From: Syntrophales bacterium
Lineage (GTDB): Bacteria > Desulfobacterota > Syntrophia > Syntrophales > UBA2210
DNA: 64,000 nucleotides
Assembly: GCA_963662405.2 (NCBI GenBank)
Contig: CAXXKT010000001.1
Span: 2,336,001-2,400,000 of the forward strand
Direction of reading: 5' to 3'
Under the pieces are notes generated by a model. The model saw only the letters and a list, made by a program, of their open reading frames with translations. It did no database searches and was not told the DNA's origin. Of this stretch, positions 18,894 through 29,165 are shown piece by piece. Position numbers and translations under genes: made by a program. The number at the start of each line of letters is the position of its first letter. The first letter of the stretch is position 1.

Positions 18894-19325
18894 ATGGAAA
18901 TTAAAGCAAATAAAGAGAAATGCATAAGGCGAAACGTTTTTGTCCCGATCGATGTTGCCGCGTCATTTCAGGCGGGGTTTTTGGATGAGGATGTCTCCAG
19001 AACATGGATACTCGAGGCGATTCATGGAAGAGGACCCGTACTCTGTCCTGAATGTCGATGCGAGATTGAAGGAAAAGCGCTGCAGAGATTTTGGGAGGGG
19101 AAACGGGTGTGCTGTCGGCAATGCGGGAAGTTCTTTACAGCCCTCACGGGTTCCTTCCTGGCCGGGTGTCACATGACCTACAGCGAGGTCCTCCTTCTTG
19201 CCGTCTTTTTGCATTTCGGGATTTCCCCCCGGGAGATTGCCGGTATTTTGAGGATCAGCCCCGAGACGGTGAGGCTGTGGGATATCAAGTTCCGCGCCCT
19301 GGGAAAGATGAGGAAGATATCATGA
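18894..19325 (+). CDS. Zn-ribbon + HTH protein
   Basis: CPEC...CRQCGKFF and C-terminal PREIAGILRISPETVRLW. Confidence 0.75.
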   Translation: MEIKANKEKCIRRNVFVPIDVAASFQAGFLDEDVSRTWILEAIHGRGPVLCPECRCEIEGKALQRFWEGKRVCCRQCGKFFTALTGSFLAGCHMTYSEVLLLAVFLHFGISPREIAGILRISPETVRLWDIKFRALGKMRKIS

Positions 19326-20704
19326 GATTCACCACCATGAAACTGAGCGATCTGACAGCGGCAGACTACAACCCGCGTAAGGCATTGGGCAGCGGTGACC
19401 GGGAATACGAGAAGCTCCGCCGCTCGCTGGAAGAATTCGGCTGTGTGGATCCCCTGATCTGGAACGTGCGGACCGGGCGCCTCGTCGGCGGTCATCAGCG
19501 ATTGACCGTCATGCGGGACCTCGGCTGGACAGAGGCCGAAGTCTCCATTGTCGATCTTCCCGAAGAGAAGGAGAAAGCGCTCAATATCGCCCTCAACAAG
19601 ATCAGCGGCGAATGGGATCTCGACCGGCTCCGCGATCTGCTTGTCGAACTCGAGGCCGTGGAGATCGACGTCAGCCTCACCGGGTTCGATACGGAAGAGA
19701 TCGCGGAGATCATGCCGAGGGCGGAGGAGGCCGAGCTGCGGGAAGACGGGTTCGATGCCGAAACCGAGGTCTCGAAGATCACCGAACCGTTCACGCAACC
19801 GGGGGACCTCTACCTCCTGGGGCGGCACCGCCTCCTCTGCGGCGACAGCAGCGACGCCGGCGCGATGGCCATTCTGATGGAAGGACGTCTCGCCGATCTG
19901 GTCTGGACGGATCCCCCCTACAACGTCGACTATCACAACGACCGCGGGGAGGGCATTGAGAACGACAACCTTCCCCCGGCACTGTTCCGGGAGATGATCA
20001 CAGCCGCTTTCCGCAACATCTACACCCACACCCGGGAGGGCGGCTGCTTTTACGTCTCCCATTCCGACATCGGGGGGTTGGCCTTCCGGAGCGCCGTCAT
20101 CGAGGCGGGCTTCCTCCTCAAGCAGTGCCTGATCTGGGTCAAGAACGGCGCCGTTCTCGGCCGGCAGGACTACAACTGGAAGCACGAGCCCATCCTGTAC
20201 GGATGGAAGCCGGGGCGGACCCATTACTTCTGCATGGACTACTCACTGACGACCGTGATCGACGAGGAGGCGGACATCTCCCGGATGAAACGCGCGGAGC
20301 TCGTGGAACTGGTGAAGGAGATGCGGCGATGCGAGGCCGCCACCGTTCTGCGAGAGGACCGCCAATCCCGGAACCCCCTCCATCCCACGCAGAAACCCGT
20401 TCCCCTGGTGGGCAGGATGATCCGGAACAGCACGCCGAACAGCCCTGACATACTCGTCCTGGACGGGTTCGGCGGATCCGGAACGACCCTGATGGCGTGC
20501 GAGCAGATGGGACGTGTCTGCAACACGATGGAGAAGACACCCGTCTACTGCGACGTGATAGTGAAGCGGTGGGAACGGTTCACCGGGGAAAAGGCGGAAC
20601 TGGTACGCAACTCGGAAGGCCGTACGTCGATCTGTTCGGGTTTATTAAGTCCCGAAGAATGCAACCCTGAGAGGAGGTGCGATCCGATTACCATATCAAG
20701 ATGA
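19322..20704 (+). CDS. ParB-domain N4/N6 DNA methyltransferase (phage type)
   Basis: YNPR...GGHQRL; TDPPYN; HPTQKP; LDGFGGSGTT. ATG 19322 overlaps the upstream stop. Confidence 0.92.
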   Translation: MRFTTMKLSDLTAADYNPRKALGSGDREYEKLRRSLEEFGCVDPLIWNVRTGRLVGGHQRLTVMRDLGWTEAEVSIVDLPEEKEKALNIALNKISGEWDLDRLRDLLVELEAVEIDVSLTGFDTEEIAEIMPRAEEAELREDGFDAETEVSKITEPFTQPGDLYLLGRHRLLCGDSSDAGAMAILMEGRLADLVWTDPPYNVDYHNDRGEGIENDNLPPALFREMITAAFRNIYTHTREGGCFYVSHSDIGGLAFRSAVIEAGFLLKQCLIWVKNGAVLGRQDYNWKHEPILYGWKPGRTHYFCMDYSLTTVIDEEADISRMKRAELVELVKEMRRCEAATVLREDRQSRNPLHPTQKPVPLVGRMIRNSTPNSPDILVLDGFGGSGTTLMACEQMGRVCNTMEKTPVYCDVIVKRWERFTGEKAELVRNSEGRTSICSGLLSPEECNPERRCDPITISR

Positions 20705-20846
20705 CTAATGATTTTTATTGACGGTACAAAAGAAGAGTGGACGGTATTCCGGGAGCTGTAACTCCCGAAAACCTGTGCGACCACACAGGGCGCCGAAGCG
20801 CTACCATCCACATGAGCGCCGATACCACGAAAGGGGCCTCATGTAA

Positions 20847-21722
20847 ATGGTAAAAGGAAAAGAGAATCAGATCGTCGCTGATGACTGGAAGCGCGCGAGT
20901 AACGCGCAGCGCGCCTGGATGATCTGCCAGGCGATCTCGGACGGAATGATGGATCAGGAGAAGGTAAAAAAACTGCTTGAGGTTGCCGGCGAACAGGACC
21001 AGATCTCACTCAAGGTCCTGCACAACGCCGTCGTAAAATGCATCCGGGACTATCAGGCGGAATCCACCTCCGCCCGCCTCAACGACTGGCAGAAGGCGGA
21101 GTCCGCCCTGGAACAGCAACTGGTGGTCCTGTCCGAGAAATACCTTGGCCATTCTCCGACCCTTGCCAACACCCTGGCGGTGGCCGACTACCTCAGGGAT
21201 CAGGGGTGGAAGGTCAAAAAATCCGCCGTTTACAAGCACAAAAAGGAGGGGAAACTCCGATGCGAGGCCGACGGCACCTACCGGATCGACGAGGTCGACC
21301 GATATGCGCAGACCTATCTGAAGCGGGCCGACGGGAGCGCTTCAGAAAAACTCGAGAAGCTGCAGCAGGAGAAACTGCACGCGGAGATCGAAAAGACCAA
21401 GGCCCAGGCGCGGCACTGGACGATGAAGGCGGAGATGTTCACCGGCGCCTACGTGCCGAAGGACCTGTTCGAGGGAGAACTGGCGAAACGCGCCGCCGTC
21501 TTCCGGAACGACCTGGAGACCTTTGCGCGGGCCGAGGCTTCGGAGATCGTGAACCGCGCCGCCGGCAATGCCGACACGATATCCGATCTGATCGAATGGC
21601 TTCTCGGCCGTTTCGAATCGTTCCTGGCCCGCTACAGCGAGGAGAGAACATTCAAGGTTGTCCTGCCGCCGCCCAAACGGGGGGATGAATCAGGGGAAGA
21701 TGAGACGGAGGATGAAGAATGA
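20847..21722 (+). CDS. Putative terminase small subunit (start uncertain)
   Basis: wHTH-like segment plus coiled coil, overlapping the terminase large subunit start. Confidence 0.6.
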   Translation: MVKGKENQIVADDWKRASNAQRAWMICQAISDGMMDQEKVKKLLEVAGEQDQISLKVLHNAVVKCIRDYQAESTSARLNDWQKAESALEQQLVVLSEKYLGHSPTLANTLAVADYLRDQGWKVKKSAVYKHKKEGKLRCEADGTYRIDEVDRYAQTYLKRADGSASEKLEKLQQEKLHAEIEKTKAQARHWTMKAEMFTGAYVPKDLFEGELAKRAAVFRNDLETFARAEASEIVNRAAGNADTISDLIEWLLGRFESFLARYSEERTFKVVLPPPKRGDESGEDETEDEE

Positions 21723-23629
21723 ACACGGCTCCTGATCTAAAAAGCCAAGACTCACTCACCTTCACCCCGGGAGAGAGGCGCGTCTTCCGGCTCCGGGAAC
21801 GCCTGGCCGTATCCGAGTGGGCCGAGCGGTACCGCATCGTCACGAACGGTCCTATGACCGGACTCTGGCAGAACACGACCACGCCCTACCTGGTCGGGCC
21901 CATGAACGCGATCAGTCAGCCCCATGTCAGGCGGATCATCCTCATGTTCGCGCCCCAGACGGGCAAGACACAGGTCGCCTTCAACGCCCTCTGCCAGTGG
22001 ATCGAGCAGGATCCCGGCCCCTGCATGTACATCATGCCCGACGAGAAGGTGACAAAGCGGATCGCCCGCCGGCGGATTCTCCCCATGTTCAGATCCACGT
22101 CCCGGATAGCCGAACTCCTGGGGCCCGGCGTTTCCGACACGACGACCCTGCATGTCAATTTCACGAACGGCATGGACTTCATGATGGCCTGGGCGACCAG
22201 CGCCGCCGAGATGTCCTCCGAATCGGTCCGCTACATGATCCGGGACGAGGTGGACAAGTATCCCGACTTCACCGGCAAGGAAGCCGATCCCATCGCACTC
22301 ACCGACCAGCGGCAGAACGCCTACCCCTTCACCAAAAAAACCATCGACCTGTCGACCCCGACGGACGAGAGCGGCTACATCGGCCCCATGATCGAGAGGG
22401 AGGCCGACGAACTGATGCGTTACTACGCGGTCTGCCCCGTCTGCAGGGCCCCCCAGGTGATGCACTTCGGACAGATCAACTGGCCGAAGACCTGCAACGA
22501 TCCCCGGGAGATCGTCCGCGGGCGCCTGGCCCACTATCAGTGTGAATCATGCGGGATGCTCTGGGACGATCATATGCGAAACAAGGCCGTCCTGAAGGGG
22601 CTCGAGAACCCTGATTCCTTCCACGGCTGGATCCCGGACAGTCCGGTGGAGCGCGCCCCGGTCATCGGGTTCCATCTACCGTCCTGGTACAGTCCCTTTG
22701 TCTCCCTGTCCTCTTGCGTTGCCGCCTACCTGCGCGGGATGGAAGACCCGTCGAAGATGATGGTCTACATCACCCAGCACAAGGCCGAGGTCTGGCGGGA
22801 GACGGTGGTCCCGAAAAAGGAAAGCGCCCTCCTCGAGGGCAGGACCGAACTTGCCGCCGGCATTGTCCCTAAAGACGCGGTCGCCCTGACCGCGGGTATC
22901 GACGTTCAGAAAAGCGGGTTCTGGTTCGTCGTCCGCGCCTGGGCCGACGACCTGACCTCCTGGCTGGTCCAGTACGGCTACCTGACAACATTCGACGACG
23001 TGGAGGACCTCGTCTTCAACACGCAATATCCTATCGAGGGAAAACCGACCGAGACGATGGGCATCTGGCGTGCCGGCATCGATACGGGGGGTGGCGTCAC
23101 GGAAGAGAACATCTGGACCCGTACCGAGGAGATCTACCAGTGGATACGAGATCAGCAACCGGGCCGCGCTTTCGGGACCAAGGGCGCAACCCACAAACAA
23201 ATAGGCCGGATCAGGGTGTCGCAGATCGACAAGCTGCCCCGATCGAACAAGCCAATTCCCGGCGGTCTGGAGCTGCGACTCCTCGACACCGACCAGTACA
23301 AGGCCCTGCTGCACTGGCGCATGGAACGGAAAGAAGGCGAGACACAGCGATTCCTGCTCAACACGGACACCGGTCTCGACTACGCGCGCCAGGTCCTGGC
23401 CGAAGAGTTCCGGCGGGACCGGAGAGGCAAGACCTACTGGAAACAGATCCGGAAGGACAACCACCTGCTCGACTGTGAAGTGATCGCGGCGGCATGCGCC
23501 GACAGCGAATGGTTGCCCTCGCTCAAGATGCTGGCAAGCTATCTGAGGCAACAGAAAGAACAGGCGTCCGTACCAGCGGCGCCACGGAAAGAACCGCAAG
23601 AGAAAAAGCCTAAATCACGGAGGTGGTAA
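21719..23629 (+). CDS. Terminase large subunit, lambda GpA family
   Basis: APQTGKT, DEVDKY, LSTPT, AGIDVQ, NHLLDC. Confidence 0.95.
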   Translation: MNTAPDLKSQDSLTFTPGERRVFRLRERLAVSEWAERYRIVTNGPMTGLWQNTTTPYLVGPMNAISQPHVRRIILMFAPQTGKTQVAFNALCQWIEQDPGPCMYIMPDEKVTKRIARRRILPMFRSTSRIAELLGPGVSDTTTLHVNFTNGMDFMMAWATSAAEMSSESVRYMIRDEVDKYPDFTGKEADPIALTDQRQNAYPFTKKTIDLSTPTDESGYIGPMIEREADELMRYYAVCPVCRAPQVMHFGQINWPKTCNDPREIVRGRLAHYQCESCGMLWDDHMRNKAVLKGLENPDSFHGWIPDSPVERAPVIGFHLPSWYSPFVSLSSCVAAYLRGMEDPSKMMVYITQHKAEVWRETVVPKKESALLEGRTELAAGIVPKDAVALTAGIDVQKSGFWFVVRAWADDLTSWLVQYGYLTTFDDVEDLVFNTQYPIEGKPTETMGIWRAGIDTGGGVTEENIWTRTEEIYQWIRDQQPGRAFGTKGATHKQIGRIRVSQIDKLPRSNKPIPGGLELRLLDTDQYKALLHWRMERKEGETQRFLLNTDTGLDYARQVLAEEFRRDRRGKTYWKQIRKDNHLLDCEVIAAACADSEWLPSLKMLASYLRQQKEQASVPAAPRKEPQEKKPKSRRW

Positions 23630-23925
23630 GCATGGCAAAATTGATAGGCATGAAGGCAATCCTGGATCATTTCAAGGGCGAGGTGGGGGAAGACAAGATC
23701 CGACAGTGGATCAAAGAGTACGGGTTCCCGGCCGTATCATCAACGGGAAAGCCCGGCGGGACGCTCCTGTCAGACTCCGACGCTGTGGATCAGTGGTATA
23801 TCTCCTATGTTCTGAAAGGCATTGTCCCCAAAGGGGCGGCCGAGATGATAACCGACCGGATCATGACACGGCCGGCGCGGGCAGTCCGCAAGAGGACCGC
23901 GAAGAAGACAACAACGAAAAAATGA
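23623..23925 (+). CDS. AlpA/excisionase-like HTH protein (possible late activator)
   Basis: LIGMKAI...IRQWIKEYGFP; basic tail. Confidence 0.6.
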   Translation: MVSMAKLIGMKAILDHFKGEVGEDKIRQWIKEYGFPAVSSTGKPGGTLLSDSDAVDQWYISYVLKGIVPKGAAEMITDRIMTRPARAVRKRTAKKTTTKK

Positions 23926-24281
23926 GAGCGTGGGGGGGGGTGACACATTATTCCCACTCTTCGTGCGCACAAATAGCCTCCCTCATATGTCCCCTAGCCG
24001 GGCAATCGTGCCTGAACACATTACCACCTTTTCGGTGCCCTGTTCCGACCCCCCAAAGGGGCGGGATGGGGTGCCTGTCAAGAAAAAAATTCCCGAAAAT
24101 TGACTAAAAATCCCTCAGAATAGCCCCTATATTCCCGGAAATCCCCGGAGATCCGGGGATTTCGTATACCCCCCCTAAAACCGGCCTTATAATTGAACCA
24201 TTCATAATATTCCTCTTTTCGTTCGGGGCCGTCGTCGTACCCCTTCCGCGATGGCGGCCCTTCTATCAACCCGGAGGCATT

Positions 24282-24506
24282 ATGGCAACACAGGCAGACC
24301 TTACAGCGATCAATGCAGCCATTGCCGCTCTCAATGCGGGAGAGCGGGTCGATTCAATGACCATGTCGGACAAGACTTTTAGTTATGGCAAGGTCGACCT
24401 CTCTGATTTGCTCAAACAGAAAGCGGCGATTGAGGCCGAGCTGGGGTTGGCTGCCGGAACGTACAAACGCCGGACCTACTGCAAACAGATGGGGCGCGGG
24501 ATATGA
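24282..24506 (+). CDS. gpW-like head completion protein
   Basis: 74 aa between terminase and portal; typical gpW pattern. Confidence 0.75.
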   Translation: MATQADLTAINAAIAALNAGERVDSMTMSDKTFSYGKVDLSDLLKQKAAIEAELGLAAGTYKRRTYCKQMGRGI

Positions 24507-26029
24507 ATTCTCTTGACAGGTTCATATCGTTTTTCTCCCCGTCCACTGCATACCGGCGGCAACTCTTCCGGGATGCCCTCAAGAAGCGCGAGACCTACGC
24601 AGCCGCGAAGACGACACGCCTTACCGGGAACTGGACCACGACATCCACAGCCGACGTAAATAATGTAATCTCCCTCTCCTCCCCGGCTGTCCGGGCGCGG
24701 GTCCGGCAACTCCTCCGGGATTTCCCCTACCTGGCGAGGGCCGCCAAGATCCTCGTGGACTACTCGGTCGGGACCGGGATCATCTATCAAAGCAAGGTCA
24801 AAGGATCAGACGGCAAGCTGGACAAGAAGGTGAACACTCGGATTGAGGACGCGGTAAAGTGGTGGATGGATGAAGCGGACGCGGCCGGGAAACTCCATTA
24901 CTACGAGATGATGCGGCTTGCCAAACGGCAAGACTGCGAGTCCGGCGAGTTCCTGCTTGTCAAAGCCATGCAGAAAGATCCTAACCGATACGTCCCCTAT
25001 GCTCTGCAGATGTACGAGGTGGACTGGCTGACGTCCCGTCAGGACACATACGGGTTATACGGGTTAGCGCGGAGCACAGACAGCACCAAGGAAGTCAGGC
25101 AGGGGATTGAGTACGACAACCAGACCGGGCGAGTGACCGGGTACTATTTTGCAGATCCCACCTATGGCGGTGACGTTACATATATTCCCGCTCAGCAAGT
25201 AGTGCATGGGTTCCAGACCTACCGGCCGGGACAGCTTCGGGGAATCTCCGATTTTGCGCCCGGCGTGATTCTGGCGAACGATCTGGCCGAGTACATGGAC
25301 GCGGAGATTGACGGCGCGAAGATGGCGGCCAAGTGGGTTGCATTCGTCAAAACCAAGACCCCGCAGGCTTTGCAGAGTGGATTGCCGTACAGTCAGGTGA
25401 CGGCCGGAGGGGACACCCAAGAAAAAATCGAAGAGCTGGCGAACGGGATCATCGAATACCTCCGCCCTGATGAAGATATCGAGCTTGCCAGCGCCAACCG
25501 TCCGGGACAGACCTTTCAGCCGTTCGTCCGGCTTCTCCTCACCATGCTTGCCGTGACGACAGGCGTACCTTTTGAACTTATTTCCGGTGAGTATACCGGC
25601 CTGAATTTCTCCACGGCCAAGATCGTCAGGAATGACTTTGCACAGCAACTCCGCCCCATATCGATGCAGCATATCAGACAATTTGGAATGCCGACGATAG
25701 GACCGGCCATTGATTACGCGGTCATGTCCGGGAAACTGTATCTCCCGAACTACTGGAAGAACAGGCGGCGGTACCTGGAGGGTGAATGGCAACCGCCGGG
25801 CATGGATGCGGTTGATCCGTTGCGGGAAGCGAAATCACAGATCGAGGCCATATCCTTCGGGCTCAAATCGCGGCAACAGGTAGCGCGGGAGCGCGGGGTG
25901 GATCTTGAAGACATCTACAAAGACCAGCGGGCCGATCTCGATATGCAAGAGGAATACGGCCTTAATCTGACGGCCGCAAAAACAAACGCCGCGAACAATC
26001 CGGCGGCAGTCAACAAAGAGGGGGATTGA
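24503..26029 (+). CDS. Portal protein, lambda family
   Basis: RPGQLRGIS, GVPFELISG..NFS, VDPLRE. Confidence 0.93.
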   Translation: MNSLDRFISFFSPSTAYRRQLFRDALKKRETYAAAKTTRLTGNWTTTSTADVNNVISLSSPAVRARVRQLLRDFPYLARAAKILVDYSVGTGIIYQSKVKGSDGKLDKKVNTRIEDAVKWWMDEADAAGKLHYYEMMRLAKRQDCESGEFLLVKAMQKDPNRYVPYALQMYEVDWLTSRQDTYGLYGLARSTDSTKEVRQGIEYDNQTGRVTGYYFADPTYGGDVTYIPAQQVVHGFQTYRPGQLRGISDFAPGVILANDLAEYMDAEIDGAKMAAKWVAFVKTKTPQALQSGLPYSQVTAGGDTQEKIEELANGIIEYLRPDEDIELASANRPGQTFQPFVRLLLTMLAVTTGVPFELISGEYTGLNFSTAKIVRNDFAQQLRPISMQHIRQFGMPTIGPAIDYAVMSGKLYLPNYWKNRRRYLEGEWQPPGMDAVDPLREAKSQIEAISFGLKSRQQVARERGVDLEDIYKDQRADLDMQEEYGLNLTAAKTNAANNPAAVNKEGD

Positions 26030-28080
26030 TCATGCTTATACGAGCAAAGACGGAAAACCGTGATCTTGTCTATCGGACAGCACCCGTGAATGTTCGCGCC
26101 GACGGTCCGGCAACCATAGACGAGGAAACCCGATCGGTGGAGGTCGTACTGGCAACCGAACAGCCGGTCGCCGTGTATGACTGGGACCATGGGGTCATCG
26201 ATGAAGTGCTCCTGATGAGCGGGGCGCAGATCCCGGCAAAGAGAAAGCTTGTGATGCTGGACGCGCATAGTCGGTATGCCACGGGGGACATTATAGGGTC
26301 CGCCCGCGAGATCACAACCGAGGGGGAGGAGATGGTCGGCCGTGCCGTGTTTTCGGCGGAAGCCGAGAGCCAGTGGGTCAAGGTCAAAGAGGGGCACCTG
26401 ACGGACTTCTCGATCGGGTACCGGGTCAATACGTCCGTATGGGTGCCGGAGAACCAAGAGCAGAAGATTGCGGGCCGGATATTCAAGGGTCCGCTTCGTG
26501 TTGTTACCAAGTGGACGCCTCGGGAACTCTCGGCGGTCCCGATAGGGGCTGATGAGTTGGCGAAGACCCGATCAACCCACGAACAAACAATTGATGAGGA
26601 GGTCAATGAAATGGATGCAAAATTGAGAGCATTCCTGGAGAGGAGCGGGCTGTCCCCGGAAGCGACAGAGGCGGAAGCTTGGGAGTTTCTGGAGAGTCGG
26701 GGGCTTGCAGAGCCCGAAGGACAGGACACCGAAGGCAATCAGCCGGAAGGTGAGAAGGCTGATGAGGCCAAGATCAACGCGGCACGGGCGGCGGCAACCG
26801 GAGCCGAACGGACGCGGATCAATGAGATTGACGCGCTCTGTGCAAGGGCTGAGATGCCGGATGAGGCACGGGCTCTCATACTGGACGGTACCAGTGTGGC
26901 GGATGCTCAGCGCAAGATCATGGACAAGATTATTGAGAAGTCCAAGAATCCCGGCGCGTCGGGCATTGTCCTGGGGATGGAGGACGTGGACAAGTTCCGG
27001 GCCGCTGCAACTGACAGCCTGTATCTGAGGGCGGGTCTGGAGATTAAGACCCCGGTTGCCGGTGCCGAAGACCTGCGCGGGTACACCCTTGTAGAGTTGG
27101 CGCGTGAATGTCTCCGCATGGCGGGACGGCCGTACTCCGGCCATGTCAAGGAGATGGTGGGGCGCGCCCTGACAAGCTCCGATTTCCCGAACATCCTCGC
27201 CAATCTCGCCACCAAGTCCATGCAGGAGGCGTGGGACGGGTCTCCTGAAACATGGCCGGTATGGTGCGGGGTTGGGTCCGTTTCGGATTTCAAGACCTAC
27301 TACGACAATGCTCTGAGTGAGCATGATGATCTCGAAGAGGTCCCGGACAGCGGAGAGGTCAAATATGGCAAATTCACCGAGAAAGATCCCGAGACCTACA
27401 AGGCGGCAACCTACGCCAAGAAATTCCGTTTCACGCGCGTGATGATCATTAATGATGATCTCGGAGCTTTCACGGAACTGCCCACCAAGAGAACGGAAGC
27501 AGCGGCGCGAAAGGTCGGAGATGTTGCGTATGCAGTCCTGACAGCAAACGGGACGATGGGAGACGGTGAGACCATCTTCTCCGATGCTCACGCGAATCAG
27601 GCGGCCTCGGGTTACATGGCGGGTCCCGGCGTATCCAACATCGGTGAGGGTATCCGTGCAATGGGTGTCCAGAAGGACATTGCCGGTCTCCGGCGTCTCA
27701 ATATACGGCCTCAATTCTTTCTCGGACCGAAGGCCCTTGAAGGGGCGGCGGAAGTCTTCTTCCGGTCCGAAAAATTCGCGGATTCCGATACGGTGGCCAC
27801 GGATTCGTCACTGGCCGCAACCCGCGCGAATCCCTACAGCGGGAACTATTTTACCCGTGTCTATGAGCCGCGCCTGGACGACAACGACGAGGCGGCCTGG
27901 TACCTCGCCGGTCCGAAGGGAAAAACGATCAAGGTCGTGTTCCTGAACGGCCGACAGGGTCCGAACCTTGAGGTGCTGCAGCCCGGATTCTCCATCGAGG
28001 GGATCGAGTACCTGGTCAGCATTGATGTGGGGGCGTACGCGGTCGATTATCGCGGCCTGTACTACAACGCCGGTGAGTAG
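26026..28080 (+). CDS. Prohead protease-major capsid fusion protein
   Basis: LDAH, FSIGY, ELSAVPIGAD protease; SSDFPNIL, SVSDFK, IINDDLGAF, DYRGLY capsid domain. Confidence 0.92.
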   Translation: MIMLIRAKTENRDLVYRTAPVNVRADGPATIDEETRSVEVVLATEQPVAVYDWDHGVIDEVLLMSGAQIPAKRKLVMLDAHSRYATGDIIGSAREITTEGEEMVGRAVFSAEAESQWVKVKEGHLTDFSIGYRVNTSVWVPENQEQKIAGRIFKGPLRVVTKWTPRELSAVPIGADELAKTRSTHEQTIDEEVNEMDAKLRAFLERSGLSPEATEAEAWEFLESRGLAEPEGQDTEGNQPEGEKADEAKINAARAAATGAERTRINEIDALCARAEMPDEARALILDGTSVADAQRKIMDKIIEKSKNPGASGIVLGMEDVDKFRAAATDSLYLRAGLEIKTPVAGAEDLRGYTLVELARECLRMAGRPYSGHVKEMVGRALTSSDFPNILANLATKSMQEAWDGSPETWPVWCGVGSVSDFKTYYDNALSEHDDLEEVPDSGEVKYGKFTEKDPETYKAATYAKKFRFTRVMIINDDLGAFTELPTKRTEAAARKVGDVAYAVLTANGTMGDGETIFSDAHANQAASGYMAGPGVSNIGEGIRAMGVQKDIAGLRRLNIRPQFFLGPKALEGAAEVFFRSEKFADSDTVATDSSLAATRANPYSGNYFTRVYEPRLDDNDEAAWYLAGPKGKTIKVVFLNGRQGPNLEVLQPGFSIEGIEYLVSIDVGAYAVDYRGLYYNAGE

Positions 28081-28149
28081 TCCCACGGAACGGGTCATAA
28101 CCGAAAACCGACAGGGTGAACCCTGTCACACGATATAAGGAGGCAAGCC

Positions 28150-28758
28150 ATGGCAACAAATAAAGTTCAGCCGGGAGAGGTCCTCAGGCTGTATGTGGGG
28201 ACGGGCAAGGAGGCGGGTGATCCCGTGGCGGTCGGGGCACATCGGGGGGTCTGTCTCACTGATGCCGACTCCACCGGGTACGCGCAGGTTGACACGACCG
28301 GGGTGTGGGATCTTTCGGTAACGCCCCAGGATCAGGACGGGGCCAGTGCGGTCTCCGTTGGAGACAAACTGTATTATCACTCCGGGGACGGGTCCATCGA
28401 CAAGAACGGCAAGACGGGCGTGCTCATCGGCACGGCAAATGAGGCAATCGCCGCGTCTCCCCTTGAGGCGGCCACGATCAACGTCAAGCTCGCGGGCGGA
28501 GTCGGGCTTGATCAGGTCAAGGGTGTCATTTTGGCGGCTGGTAATGCAGAGACAACCGAAGGGGAGACCTCCGTTGAGGTCGAGATCTCCGGGGTGGTGG
28601 CCACCGATGTGGTAAATGCGGGTTTTCGGGTCAACGGTAACAGTCCCACCCTCAATGTCGTTTCGGCCATAGCGAGCGAGGACACCATCACCGTGACTGT
28701 TGACGGTACGTTCGCCGATGGAGATGAGATCAGCTACCTAGTTATCCGGCCCGCGTAG
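28150..28758 (+). CDS. DUF2190-like capsid decoration/cement protein with C-terminal extension
   Basis: MATNKVQPG...GDKLY...INVKL, followed by ~85 extra beta-rich residues. Confidence 0.75.
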   Translation: MATNKVQPGEVLRLYVGTGKEAGDPVAVGAHRGVCLTDADSTGYAQVDTTGVWDLSVTPQDQDGASAVSVGDKLYYHSGDGSIDKNGKTGVLIGTANEAIAASPLEAATINVKLAGGVGLDQVKGVILAAGNAETTEGETSVEVEISGVVATDVVNAGFRVNGNSPTLNVVSAIASEDTITVTVDGTFADGDEISYLVIRPA

Positions 28759-28832
28759 TCTGCAGGCGTGAAACCTGTACGGCGGCGGGTCGATGATTCG
28801 CCGCCGTTTCAACATGACAAGGGGAATCAAGT

Positions 28833-29165
28833 ATGAGGGACGCCTTTCTCGCGGCGGCTTCCAAGTTCTTGGATAGAGAGGGGGAGCCCGCAACCTTCAA
28901 CCCCGCTTCAGGAGATCCAATCCCCTGCAAAGTGTTCATTGATTTTGATGTGCTGTTGCAACCCGCATCTATGGATGCACAGGCATGGGCCAAGGGGACG
29001 CAGATTGAGGCCGGTCTCTCGTCCGGGGATGACATCGGGATCGGCCGGATGCCTGAATATGGGGAGACGTTCACGGTCTGGCCGGGAGATCCGCTGGAGC
29101 AGACCTACTCAGTGAAAGAGATCCTTCAGAACGACGGGATAACGGTCAAGGTGGTGGTCGTGTAA
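28833..29165 (+). CDS. Head-tail joining protein
   Basis: Position and size. Confidence 0.65.
   Translation: MRDAFLAAASKFLDREGEPATFNPASGDPIPCKVFIDFDVLLQPASMDAQAWAKGTQIEAGLSSGDDIGIGRMPEYGETFTVWPGDPLEQTYSVKEILQNDGITVKVVVV

Noticed and set aside
18894..19325. IS1595/IS1 insertion sequence
   Set aside because: No DDE domain, IRs or target duplication.
15284..27714. Long antisense and alternate-frame ORFs (e.g. 15284-16675, 19178-20224, 22676-23599, 26572-27714)
   Set aside because: Shadows of GC-rich genes with strong codon bias; no recognisable motifs.
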